IMG/VR virus record: IMGVR_UViG_3300009481_000012
Location: 6,075-70,074 of that record
Length of the DNA stretch: 64,000 nt
Origin: a virus
Reading direction: 5' to 3' (one strand)
Positions 20,801 to 29,641 of this stretch are shown piece by piece (the first letter of the stretch is position 1; each line of letters starts with the position of its first letter). The notes beneath the pieces were generated by a model. It was not told where the DNA came from, did not search any database, and saw only the letters and a program-made list of their open reading frames with translations. The position numbers and the translations under genes were made by a program.

Positions 20801-23800
20801 GGAACAGTTATTGAATCATTAGCCGAGCTAGTAAAATTCCAGTCTCCTGTAGTTTTTTCTATTCCATCTATAAATACTCTCACTGATTCTTTAAAAGGTG
20901 CACCTCTTACTAAAGGTTGTATAAAACTTGAACTAGCAGTTAGATTTCCTGTAATAACATTGCTATGTATCTCAGTGAAACTACTACCAGAAATATATAA
21001 AGACCTATTATCCATAAACCTAGTATCTACTAATTGATTAATAGAAACATAGAAAGGAGGAGTAGGAAGTTGGTCAAGTAGTGTTGATTCTCCAGAGTGT
21101 TCGTTTTGTATTTTTATTGTTCCTGCATCCATTGTTGTAGAGTGAGAGACAATATTAGCACTATATTGAGTAAGTCTAGTACCGTGATCGACAAATCCTA
21201 ATAATCCAGTTCCTGTATTGAGTTTTTGATTTAAATCAAAAGAAACTCTATCAAAACCTTTTAAGACGTTAGCAACAGCTCCTCCTCCATCATTAACTTC
21301 TAAAACGTGTTTCATTTGATTAATATCAAAAGCCAGATTTAAAGATTTAATACTAAATTGTACGTTCCCATTAGAGGTATCTGTTACATCAGGGTTTGTT
21401 ACTGCGTCCACTAACAGTTTTATTTCTCCTGTATTAGTTTTAAAACCATTTTTACCTGACAAGATAGACACTTCTCCATTAGCTAAAGGAGAGGTATTAG
21501 ACGCGGTAAAAGTTGTTGTTCCTGTATTTGCATTGGAAGTTAGGTAAGGAACAAAATTAAAATCAGGGCTAGCGATTGATAAATCAGTTTCTAAGAAAAG
21601 TGGGTATCCTGTTTGATCAGTAAATACATCAACTAATAAATCATTTGTGACAGAACCATCACCCAACTCTCTAGGTCTAGAAGATAAATTAAGTTCGGGT
21701 GCTGGTGGCGGTGTTAGAGGAGATACCGTATCATCATACCTAACAGGTACATAAGCAATTAAAGAGTCAGAATCAACATATACATTAGAAATATATTCAA
21801 CTCCTGTAATAGTTACATCCTCTTCTGTGCCTCTTGCTATAGAAGTAATTTTAAACAGTCTATCATTCTGAGAAGTATAAAAATTATCAGGGTCACTCCC
21901 TGTTTCTCCAAAAGACCAAAGATCTCCTTTTTTAGGAACATTGTTAGCTAAAAAGTCTCTTCCACTAGCAAAAGCTTTTGTTTTATAATTAAATCTTGCT
22001 ACAGTTTCAATCTCTAATAAATCTATACCTGAGTCTGCATTACCCGTAGAGTTTGCAGTAAAAGAAACATTGTCTACTAGATAATAGTCAATTCTATCGG
22101 ATGCCATACCAATTACTCTCACTGCGAGGGGGTTATTATTACTAGTAAAAGTGCTAGCGGTAATAGCAGGACTAGTAAAATGTTCTAAAAGAATATTAGC
22201 ATTTGTTACACCCCCACCTGTTATTTGAGAATCCGCAGCCACTTTTCCCCCAAATCCATAAGCAATCCCTCCTTGTTTAGTAGCAACAGTTATAACATCT
22301 CCGACTACTAGATTAAGAGCATCTACTCCACATTGAAATTCTACTTGTCTTCTTAAATATTTAGAAGACGCAATCAAATATTGTCCGTATCGAGATGCTT
22401 GACTTCTTCGAGTAACTCCTGCTAAATCAACAGTAGTAATGTTTTCTATTTGATTTCTATCTCTTAAAGCTTCTTGGTCATCAATTCTTACTACTTCTCT
22501 TTTAAAGTGGTTCGCGGGTTCGATGTAAGATACATCTACTCCTGTTATGATGTCACTTTCTTTAGTTCCAGAAAACTTTAAAGTATCTCTTTTAATATTT
22601 GCGTCATTGAATATAGCAACAGGGGTGTCTTCTGGTATGTCAATATTTAATGTAATTTTACCCCCTGCGTAATATAATAGTCCTCTAAATGTTGAAGTAA
22701 TTTTATTAACAGTATCCATTACCTGAACATCTTCTTGTATACTAATATCATTCATGAATCTGCGTTCTTTTACTTGAACACCTCTATCTAATCCTACTAG
22801 TATCTCTCTAACAGTTGAGAATAATCCTAAAGGTTTATGCCTAAAGGTTCCGTCTGCAAACCCGTCTACTCCAACAAAACCTCCTGTAGTAAAATCACAG
22901 GCATCACAATATTGGGCAACTTTATAGAACATAAATTTATCTATATTTTCTTCGTCTATTCCTAGTCCATAGGTTTTATTTGTTAAAATATCATAAACAA
23001 TCCAAATCGGGTTTTGAGTCCAAGAGTATACAAAAGTACCGTCCCAAACACCTTGATAAATTATCGGGTTTGCATTAAATTGTTCTGAGGTTAGTGTCAC
23101 GGTGGCCGTAGCCGTCATACCGGTTAGTGTGTGGCTAGCTCCAGATCCTGATGTTATATCAATAGCTGTTCCTGCATTAGCGTTTGACGCACTAGTTGCT
23201 AGCTTTACTGTATTAGCGTCAATTTTAATAATAAATACTCCCCCAGAAGCAACACTAACACCTGTTCCAGAAATAGCAGTACCTCCACCAGCGCTGTAAG
23301 TTGCTTGATCTCCTGTAGCAAAAGGATGTCCTGAAAGGGTTATAGTTTCTGACCCATCACTAACTGCGGATGCCCCATTAAAAGTTATAGCAGCAGGGGC
23401 TGCGATTGCCACTGTAGGAGTAGTAGTATAGTTACTTCCTACATTTGATATATTAATAGTAGTAACTTTGTTAGAAGATATTGTTGTAGTAGCTCCGGCA
23501 CCACTGCCCCCTCCTCCAGAAATAGTGACAGAAGGAGTAGCGTCTGAAGCATATCCAGATCCGTTAGTTTGTATGCTAATAGAACTAACTTTTCTTTTAG
23601 CCGTACCTTCTACAGTGGTTTGTAATCGGTAACCTCTCTGAGTATAACCAACTTGAGTTGATTCTCCATTAATAGTTATAGTGCCTGTTTCTGGAACTTC
23701 AAGCTGTCTCCAATCTATTTCTCCATTAGATAAAACAGGTTGATTGTAATTAGCAGGAACTTTAACTAAAAGACCTTTTATTAAAGAAGTAAATGTGGGA

Positions 23801-25065
23801 ACTCTACCCTCATGCTCATTAAAAGATTTAATAGCATAACCAATTAAAGAAGTTCTAGGATATGCCATATCGTCAAACTCTATCTCATCCCAACCAACAA
23901 ACTGAACATTGTCTTGAGTTCTGTTAGAGTCACTATCAGAAGAAGTTTTTTCTATTGTAAATTTATATCCATCAAGCGATCTAGAAGTTTCTGGAATTAA
24001 AATATCTCTTTGAAATTTAAATCTCGTGTTGGTTTTTCCACTAACTGTTCTACCATCTTCCCCTAATTCAGCGATTAAAGTTGTACCTGTTCGATCAAAA
24101 ACTTGAATAGTAATAGAAACACTAGAACCCGAAACATTACCGTTTCCATCAGATTTTTGAAGTCCTTGAATAATAAAGTTAAATCTTATCTTGTCCCAAT
24201 CTTTTGCGCTAGTATTTTGTAAGATAACTGATGCTTTTGGAATACCTTCTACATTACCCTTTTTTAAACTTACAGCGTTATTTAAATTTTGAGGAGTGAT
24301 AGTCTCAGCACCAAACACAGCTAAAGGCTCTTGTGTTAGAGTTCCTGTCGTCGTTAAGGTTTTAAAAACTTCATTATTTTCTTCTCCGTCTCCATCAATA
24401 TTAATTAAGTCATCAACAGCTCCCTCGTTAATCTCAATATCTTGGGGGCCGTTAGGATTAATTCTATAAATAGGACCTTCTCCCAAAGCAACTGTGAGAA
24501 ATAAAATGTCAGTTGAAAATAATGTATTAGGAGATTCTGTTGCAGCCGCCCTCGCTCCACCTCCTCCTTTTCCTCCGCCTTTGTTAGACAGGCGAATTCC
24601 TTGACAAATATAGTTATGATAAGTATTAACTGTTAAATTATATACCGTTTCATCTAAATAATCTTCGCTTTCGATAGATAAAATTTTACTAAAATCGTTG
24701 TCCTCTAAAGTTAAGTATTCTCCAACTTTCCAATCTTTAGCTTCTTTATATTCATTACTCTCATCATATAAATAATGATTATCTGTGACTCGCAACACAC
24801 CTTTTTCATGTGTAAGAGTTAATATATACCCTACTGTTTTAGAAGGAACATGCTCCCAAGTCTTTTCTACAAAAGATGCCCAACGTTTATCGTTATCATC
24901 AAAACAATATACTTTATCATTAATTTTTATATCTTCAATAGGAATTTCTCCATGAGGAGTAGACACTAAAGATCCTGCTGGAAAACAGCCTCCTCCTCCT
25001 TTGCTTCCAGATATGATAGGGACAGACCCTCCATTAACATTGGTATATTTTTTATATACACTCAT
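17854..25065 (-). CDS. Central tail tip / host-specificity protein (lambda J-like) with N-terminal Hint domain
   Basis: ALGEGPI, YPRTSLIG, WTQNPIWIVYD, AQYCD, GVTRRSQASRYG; FnIII-like and E1-FCCH-like repeats; follows L-K-I genes. Confidence 0.9.
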   Translation of the reverse strand: MSVYKKYTNVNGGSVPIISGSKGGGGCFPAGSLVSTPHGEIPIEDIKINDKVYCFDDNDKRWASFVEKTWEHVPSKTVGYILTLTHEKGVLRVTDNHYLYDESNEYKEAKDWKVGEYLTLEDNDFSKILSIESEDYLDETVYNLTVNTYHNYICQGIRLSNKGGGKGGGGARAAATESPNTLFSTDILFLTVALGEGPIYRINPNGPQDIEINEGAVDDLINIDGDGEENNEVFKTLTTTGTLTQEPLAVFGAETITPQNLNNAVSLKKGNVEGIPKASVILQNTSAKDWDKIRFNFIIQGLQKSDGNGNVSGSSVSITIQVFDRTGTTLIAELGEDGRTVSGKTNTRFKFQRDILIPETSRSLDGYKFTIEKTSSDSDSNRTQDNVQFVGWDEIEFDDMAYPRTSLIGYAIKSFNEHEGRVPTFTSLIKGLLVKVPANYNQPVLSNGEIDWRQLEVPETGTITINGESTQVGYTQRGYRLQTTVEGTAKRKVSSISIQTNGSGYASDATPSVTISGGGGSGAGATTTISSNKVTTINISNVGSNYTTTPTVAIAAPAAITFNGASAVSDGSETITLSGHPFATGDQATYSAGGGTAISGTGVSVASGGVFIIKIDANTVKLATSASNANAGTAIDITSGSGASHTLTGMTATATVTLTSEQFNANPIIYQGVWDGTFVYSWTQNPIWIVYDILTNKTYGLGIDEENIDKFMFYKVAQYCDACDFTTGGFVGVDGFADGTFRHKPLGLFSTVREILVGLDRGVQVKERRFMNDISIQEDVQVMDTVNKITSTFRGLLYYAGGKITLNIDIPEDTPVAIFNDANIKRDTLKFSGTKESDIITGVDVSYIEPANHFKREVVRIDDQEALRDRNQIENITTVDLAGVTRRSQASRYGQYLIASSKYLRRQVEFQCGVDALNLVVGDVITVATKQGGIAYGFGGKVAADSQITGGGVTNANILLEHFTSPAITASTFTSNNNPLAVRVIGMASDRIDYYLVDNVSFTANSTGNADSGIDLLEIETVARFNYKTKAFASGRDFLANNVPKKGDLWSFGETGSDPDNFYTSQNDRLFKITSIARGTEEDVTITGVEYISNVYVDSDSLIAYVPVRYDDTVSPLTPPPAPELNLSSRPRELGDGSVTNDLLVDVFTDQTGYPLFLETDLSIASPDFNFVPYLTSNANTGTTTFTASNTSPLANGEVSILSGKNGFKTNTGEIKLLVDAVTNPDVTDTSNGNVQFSIKSLNLAFDINQMKHVLEVNDGGGAVANVLKGFDRVSFDLNQKLNTGTGLLGFVDHGTRLTQYSANIVSHSTTMDAGTIKIQNEHSGESTLLDQLPTPPFYVSINQLVDTRFMDNRSLYISGSSFTEIHSNVITGNLTASSSFIQPLVRGAPFKESVRVFIDGIEKTTGDWNFTSSANDSITVPGLSTEATIRIEAEHYTVPAVEPGDNLQFHSGNVYSIVNASYSTDSADFNASLTANNMYRVTLGSQLRSNTRGTVAVNISPDPIGTTNNVFGNSFTFDYNKTLFPGSFSLANNAIYSVLTPTTFDGFQTPADRLVRAVDPGLYVLRAQNVNQAGRRSPIVTESILINEIPIQRVENLLISESLYIEQSVGAVTRVTVEFDHLQNQSVTDYELSYKLGGEAADLTSFNTVKLPSTGVDTDGKMRFTINNVDRGLTSSVNNITVRVTALNKAIKGVTLEKSQAILGKQAPPQNIQNFSVSQLGENIHLFWAYVTNADGSLFDPDLRDIVIKRAHGTVQPDDFASAFVNAPEFIVVSSGSTRKVAAIDTFGTFTYLAKTRDTSGNLSTDVVGVTFTSVKLAELFLLQSYSEDNPGGNVVSGVPLDNRTEFNFPSLANSNTAGLSISAQPTSLVDNANGTAIGFSVISGSPTDILATGSQSIYQTQVRDIGALTSVSLTANIQGTATTSTDWNTLHQDKATGVTEVSSDNTILKDTGLGGSEGVGTVLGFSNTVAAAVSFNAPNQTLTSGGASGNVFAIWNDGQYSTTFSDGAGVKTITAITQAEPGIITVSADHFLATTTPATRSIIHDVVGMTQLNSREVYVTRSTSNTTLQLFNYTAKSGVTISAVTKANPAVVTASGHGLSDGDKVIIQGVVGMTELNGLVFTVANKTTNTFELSGTNSSAFTTYSSGGVLHEAINTSAGHSAYSSSGVVDLGDYSNANSYALIASVIDADEIKLGKVYHANGASTGANAFANLTTVASSYKLVDLNQFSDSSSAATTFLGDSSALSRVTQIRTSESDPFFANGNVNISTFSGTSDDRFTTFSTGSRLARFFQIREIITNAKPTETNFTLDTFEYTVDKPTQEFRARVTFAGTSDTGGNTAVDYSSAGFIEPPFITMTPVGSIGKIATVIGSTNTGANINVVNSSDQAPSTGVVLDFVAQGI
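24583..24987 (-). other. Hint (intein/BIL-like) domain, J residues 27-161
   Basis: Block A CFPAGSLV, block B VTDNH, blocks F/G VYNLTVNTYHNYICQGIRLSN; 135 aa, no endonuclease; +1 residue is Lys. Confidence 0.9.
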
Positions 25066-25772
25066 TATGCAAAACTCTCCGAAACTTTGATTATGTCATT
25101 TTTACCATGACTCAAGCTTTTTACGTACCCGCTTATCATTTGTCCTCCAATTCTAGTCGCTCCATAGTTCATCCCAAGAGGAAACCCTACTTCAATAGTA
25201 TTATTTACACCAGTAAACAAACTATTTTGAGTTTTTGATCCATCATCGACAATAGTGCCTCCTGGTTGTGCCCTATTTGGAGGTTTCTGTACTATACTCA
25301 TTATTCCTTGTAAAGCCATTGAAGCGCCAAACATTGCTATGTTAGTATAAGTAACAGCCATACCTGCTACCGAGAAAGCTGTTGCTCCCATTCCAGAAAA
25401 CATGCCCGCGCCTCCTAGAGCGACCGGAGCCAGGTAAAAAGCCATTGCCATAATAGCGACACCAAGAGCTATTTGCATAAAACCCCCGTTACCACCAGCA
25501 CCTATTAAAGAAGGCACTAAATAATAAACAGCATCTTTTTCTAGTTTTTTATTAGCTTGTACGTCTGCTAAGTTAACTCTTTTTTTATTTTTATCCAAAA
25601 AGAAGAAATCTCTATTAAAATTAGTTTTTAATTTTTTCAATAATATATTAAACTCTGGAAAAGAATTTATCATAAAACTCATTAAAGAATGATAATCACG
25701 ACAATTAATAGTCAGTTCTCTTTTATCTTTAAAATATGGTTTTAAATTAGAGTGTATAACTAAAGTAATCAT
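25065..25772 (-). CDS. Tail assembly protein I-like (ubiquitin-like domain), copy 2
   Basis: LVPSLIGAGG, hydrophobic middle, FTGVNNT..G.P..NYG..RIGGQMIS. Confidence 0.82.
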   Translation of the reverse strand: MITLVIHSNLKPYFKDKRELTINCRDYHSLMSFMINSFPEFNILLKKLKTNFNRDFFFLDKNKKRVNLADVQANKKLEKDAVYYLVPSLIGAGGNGGFMQIALGVAIMAMAFYLAPVALGGAGMFSGMGATAFSVAGMAVTYTNIAMFGASMALQGIMSIVQKPPNRAQPGGTIVDDGSKTQNSLFTGVNNTIEVGFPLGMNYGATRIGGQMISGYVKSLSHGKNDIIKVSESFA

Positions 25773-26440
25773 GTCCCAAAACTCTCAGACACTTTTATAA
25801 GATCACCTTTTCCGTGGTTTAAGCTTTTTACAAACCCACTCACTAATTGTCCAGATACTCTAGGTAACCCATAATTAACAGGTACATTATTATTACTTGA
25901 AGTTGTATTCTGGAGACCAGAAAACATATTATTATCTATTCTTTCTTGGTTATCTGCTATTTGTTTTTCTGGAGGTTTAGGAGTTTCTTGCATTAGCCCC
26001 ATTATCCCCCCTAATATCATATTTAGTCCTGTTGACATCATCATTTTTCCAAGAGTTGTTCCTAAAAGTTGAGTCCCAGCAAGGCCAGGAAAAGCAAAAG
26101 TAGCACCAATTAAAGCAATACCTATAGCAATTTGTAGAAATGACCCTTTTTTACCTCCAGCTCCTGCCATCATAGGAACTAAAAATAATGATGAGTGATT
26201 TTCTTTAAATTTATTGAACTCATACACCCTAGATTTAATTAACTTTTTATTTTTATCTAATAAACATAAATTTTCTAGAACTTCCGTTGCTTGTACTCTT
26301 CTAATATAATTTCCAAGATTTGGAAATAGGTGAGAAATAGCAGAAACTAAAGAAGTAAAATCATCACAAGTTATTGTGTGATTTTTTACCCCATCAGTAT
26401 ATTTCAATAAAGAACGATGAAATTCTAGCGTAATTTTCAC
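25769..26440 (-). CDS. Tail assembly protein I-like (ubiquitin-like domain), copy 1
   Basis: LVPMMAGAGG, FLQIAIGIALI, FSGLQNT...VPVNYG..RVSGQLVS. Confidence 0.82.
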   Translation of the reverse strand: MKITLEFHRSLLKYTDGVKNHTITCDDFTSLVSAISHLFPNLGNYIRRVQATEVLENLCLLDKNKKLIKSRVYEFNKFKENHSSLFLVPMMAGAGGKKGSFLQIAIGIALIGATFAFPGLAGTQLLGTTLGKMMMSTGLNMILGGIMGLMQETPKPPEKQIADNQERIDNNMFSGLQNTTSSNNNVPVNYGLPRVSGQLVSGFVKSLNHGKGDLIKVSESFGT

Positions 26441-26805
26441 TTTAAATACTCTTCCTTAAATTCGTCAAATTTAATTGCGTCTATTTTTTTATCGAGCCAA
26501 TAAATATAAAATTTATTACTAAATCCTACAATAAATTTAAATTCTTCAAACACGGCTCCTTGTTTATCCTCTTCACTAGGTATAGGGTTCTCTTCTCCTG
26601 GGTGAGAATGAAATATTCCCCAACAGTTGTCTTCATATTCCCATAGTATTTCTGGGTCAACAATAAAAGTATCTTTAGGTAAAGGACTTATATTCTTAGC
26701 AGGCACGTATTTAAAGTCTTTTGTTACAAGCCCACAACATTCTTTGGGGTATTCAGCTTGTGCGTGTTTACCCATATCGTTAATTAATGTTGAAAACAAA
26801 GTCAT
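26437..26805 (-). CDS. JAB/MPN metalloprotease (lambda K N-terminal-like)
   Basis: YPKECCGLV and FHSHP-x6-SEED JAMM motif. Confidence 0.9.
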   Translation of the reverse strand: MTLFSTLINDMGKHAQAEYPKECCGLVTKDFKYVPAKNISPLPKDTFIVDPEILWEYEDNCWGIFHSHPGEENPIPSEEDKQGAVFEEFKFIVGFSNKFYIYWLDKKIDAIKFDEFKEEYLK

Positions 26806-27232
26806 CTGCTAATCCTTTCCATCTAAAAAGCCCTAAAGTGTATTGTTTATAATAGTTTCCATAAGGAGAAATCCAAGAGTTTCTATCTATCATTGTTTGT
26901 AAAAGTTTATTTTTTTCTACTAATAAAGCACAATGATTTATTTTATTAGTTGATCCAATACTCATTATTGCTACATCAAAAGGTAAAACGTCTTTTAATA
27001 ATATTTCTTCCCATCCTAGGTTAGAGTTTCTAAATTGTGTAAAAGGATTTGTATCTATTTTATTATACCAATCTTGATCTACAATATTACAAAAATCTTG
27101 AGTAGAGTAGGGAATTATAATATTTTTTTCGTTTTTATATACTAGTCTAATTAAGTTTAAACAATCTATTCCAGTTTCTGGACTACTCCCTAAGTGCTTA
27201 TAAGGAAAGCCTTTATATTTTTCATACCACAT
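26780..27232 (-). CDS. NlpC/P60 peptidase (lambda K C-terminal-like)
   Basis: GFPY..G....GIDCLNL, NHCAL. Confidence 0.8.
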   Translation of the reverse strand: MWYEKYKGFPYKHLGSSPETGIDCLNLIRLVYKNEKNIIIPYSTQDFCNIVDQDWYNKIDTNPFTQFRNSNLGWEEILLKDVLPFDVAIMSIGSTNKINHCALLVEKNKLLQTMIDRNSWISPYGNYYKQYTLGLFRWKGLADDFVFNIN

Positions 27233-27233
27233 T

Positions 27234-27653
27234 TTACCCCTCTTTACGTCTATATATGCTATGTAGCTGTTCTCTCCATATTTGGTTTAAGGACGAAATC
27301 ATAGATGAAGACTCTTCTTCTATGTGAATAAATTTATTTCCTCCTACATACATCCCAAAATGAATTGGTCTATTTTTCTTAGATTTAAATATTATTACAT
27401 CATATTCTTGTATGTCTGTTAATTTAATTCTTTGTGCGTTTGCTGCAATCCACTCTTCTATTTTTTCTAAAGTAATTTTAAACTTCCATCTTCTACCCTC
27501 TGTGGGTTTGCCTTCTGACAAATTTAAATGTGTCCATAAACTTTTAAAAACGTCAGATTTTAATTCTTCTTTATAAATTTTTTCAATTAAAGTAATACAA
27601 TTTACATTTTGATAATCGTGTTTTATGCCTAAGTAGTTTACATAATCTGTCAT
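27234..27653 (-). CDS. NlpC/P60 peptidase
   Basis: NCITLI, HFGMYVGGNKFIH. Confidence 0.8.
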   Translation of the reverse strand: MTDYVNYLGIKHDYQNVNCITLIEKIYKEELKSDVFKSLWTHLNLSEGKPTEGRRWKFKITLEKIEEWIAANAQRIKLTDIQEYDVIIFKSKKNRPIHFGMYVGGNKFIHIEEESSSMISSLNQIWREQLHSIYRRKEG

Positions 27654-29641
27654 TATTTAGGAATAGTCCTACCCGTACCAGGAAAGCCCCCAAAGTGAAT
27701 AGTGTTATTTCTAATCTGACAAGATTCAAAACTCTTACCGCACTCATCTCCTTGAGTGCTGCCTGCAGTTTGATTATTAGCAGCAATTGGGTTTGCGTTT
27801 GCACTTAAACTAGTCCCAGGAATTGTCCCTCCAGCGGGGCCGGGGTACTGGCACTCTTCTCCTTTATAAACCCACTGACAAGTATTTTTATAATACTTTC
27901 TTTTTGGAACTCTGAGTTTAAAAAATTGTAACCAACTTGTTAAAGAAAAAGTAGCAACTTTTTCATCTAACCCCGATAAAGCATCAATTTTAAATACATC
28001 TTCTACATAAGCTTCATCATCACTATCTATATTTTCAATTAACAACGGATCTCCTACTGTTATTTCTAACGCAGCGTTTGTAAATATAAACCTATTTTCT
28101 TCTATTGCATCTATAGTTGCTATAAAACTATTACTTCTACTTTTTACGTTATCTCCAACCCTATAAGGTAATGCGGTACTAACTTCAACCACGTTTGCAA
28201 AAGCTCCATCTACTCTAGAATACTCAGGCCAATAATCTAAAAAGTTAGAAAAAGTAGACTTAATTTCTACTACCGCACCTAATAGATCACGAGAATCCAT
28301 TTTTTCTCTTTTCCATTCTCCAGCTACGTCTGCCGTAGTGCTTATAGTAAATGAAGCATTGTCGGTTCCATAAGCATCTCTAACTGTTTGGCTAAAATTT
28401 AAGCCTTTTGTTCTTTGTGCCGCTAAAACTGTTGTGTGTTCTGAGTCTGCATAAGTTGCGTCAGTAGGAATTGTTCTAGGGTCAATTCCTGTTAGTACTT
28501 CGCCGTTAACAACAGCGTAACAAGCATTGGAAGTGTTGTTGCCCACTAAATCTGGGTTTTCAGATATTTGCGTAATTAGTCCATCAAAGTTAGATATATC
28601 AATACTTACTTCATTAATTTTACCCGAAGAGTCTATCTCTAATCCGCCGCTGTTGATAGGCATAGGGGTGTAGTTAACCCCTCCAAATTCTACATTATAA
28701 GTTACGTCAGCGTTTAAATCTCCCCTAACTTCAGCAAACCTAAGAGGAAAGCCGTCTGGCCAGCTTCTACCTTCTCCATCGTTTGTCGGGTTACCTTCTT
28801 CATTCGGTTTATACCACTCGCCCGGGTAGTATATACTATATAATCTAACAACAGGGTTTTGGATGAAAGCATTTCTTTCTCTGATGTAATTAGAGTTTAT
28901 AACATTAGTAATAGCAAAGTTAGCCCCATTTTTTTGCTCACTAAAAGAAGCAGCAGTAAAAGGGATAGTTTCATTATTTCCAGTATCTACTCTAACGTCT
29001 ACAGCAAAAGCGTTAGCAGAAACCCAATTATCATAATTAACTTCATACTCAAATTCAGTAGTTTCGTCTGCTACTATTGAGGCATCAATAGTTGGCAGTA
29101 TTAAGTCACTTAAAAGAGTTGCAACTCTTTGTGGGTTATTAGTGAGAGACTCTCTTAACCCTGATTTTGTAAAAGTAGTACCAGAAGTTACTGGAGAAAT
29201 AGGTTTAATATCAAACCCTGTATTTCCTAAAGTTGTGCTAGGAAAATTAATATTTTGTTTAGGTATAATTCTATTATTTATAAATACATCAAAATTATCT
29301 AAAGTAACATTACTTAAAGATAAAGCTTCAGAGGGTAGAGAAAAAGTATTTGTTGCTCCATTAATTATAAAGGCATTACCATTTACAGTAGTTGAAGAAC
29401 TATTACTATAAGCAACAGAAATAGCGTTTGAAGCTACTAGGTTAAATACTGACCTTGCATTTTCTCCAACTACAAATTCTTGATTTACATTAGCCACTTT
29501 AACTTTAATATTAGCATTGGCAGCATCAACAGCTACTACTTCTCCACTAGTAGCTGTTACATTACTAAGAATAGTATCTCCTGCAGCGATTACATCTGGT
29601 TGAGTAACTGTTAAAATGTAATCATACGTGCGGGTAGTCAT
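27653..29641 (-). CDS. Minor tail protein L-like, N-terminally extended
   Basis: C-terminal CQWVYKGEECQY...DECGKSFESC...FGGFPG four-Cys motif of lambda gpL. Confidence 0.85.
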   Translation of the reverse strand: MTTRTYDYILTVTQPDVIAAGDTILSNVTATSGEVVAVDAANANIKVKVANVNQEFVVGENARSVFNLVASNAISVAYSNSSSTTVNGNAFIINGATNTFSLPSEALSLSNVTLDNFDVFINNRIIPKQNINFPSTTLGNTGFDIKPISPVTSGTTFTKSGLRESLTNNPQRVATLLSDLILPTIDASIVADETTEFEYEVNYDNWVSANAFAVDVRVDTGNNETIPFTAASFSEQKNGANFAITNVINSNYIRERNAFIQNPVVRLYSIYYPGEWYKPNEEGNPTNDGEGRSWPDGFPLRFAEVRGDLNADVTYNVEFGGVNYTPMPINSGGLEIDSSGKINEVSIDISNFDGLITQISENPDLVGNNTSNACYAVVNGEVLTGIDPRTIPTDATYADSEHTTVLAAQRTKGLNFSQTVRDAYGTDNASFTISTTADVAGEWKREKMDSRDLLGAVVEIKSTFSNFLDYWPEYSRVDGAFANVVEVSTALPYRVGDNVKSRSNSFIATIDAIEENRFIFTNAALEITVGDPLLIENIDSDDEAYVEDVFKIDALSGLDEKVATFSLTSWLQFFKLRVPKRKYYKNTCQWVYKGEECQYPGPAGGTIPGTSLSANANPIAANNQTAGSTQGDECGKSFESCQIRNNTIHFGGFPGTGRTIPK

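Noticed and set aside
24583-24987. Hint as a canonical mobile intein
   Set aside because: No homing endonuclease, Ser instead of His at the penultimate position and Lys at +1; reported as BIL-like instead.
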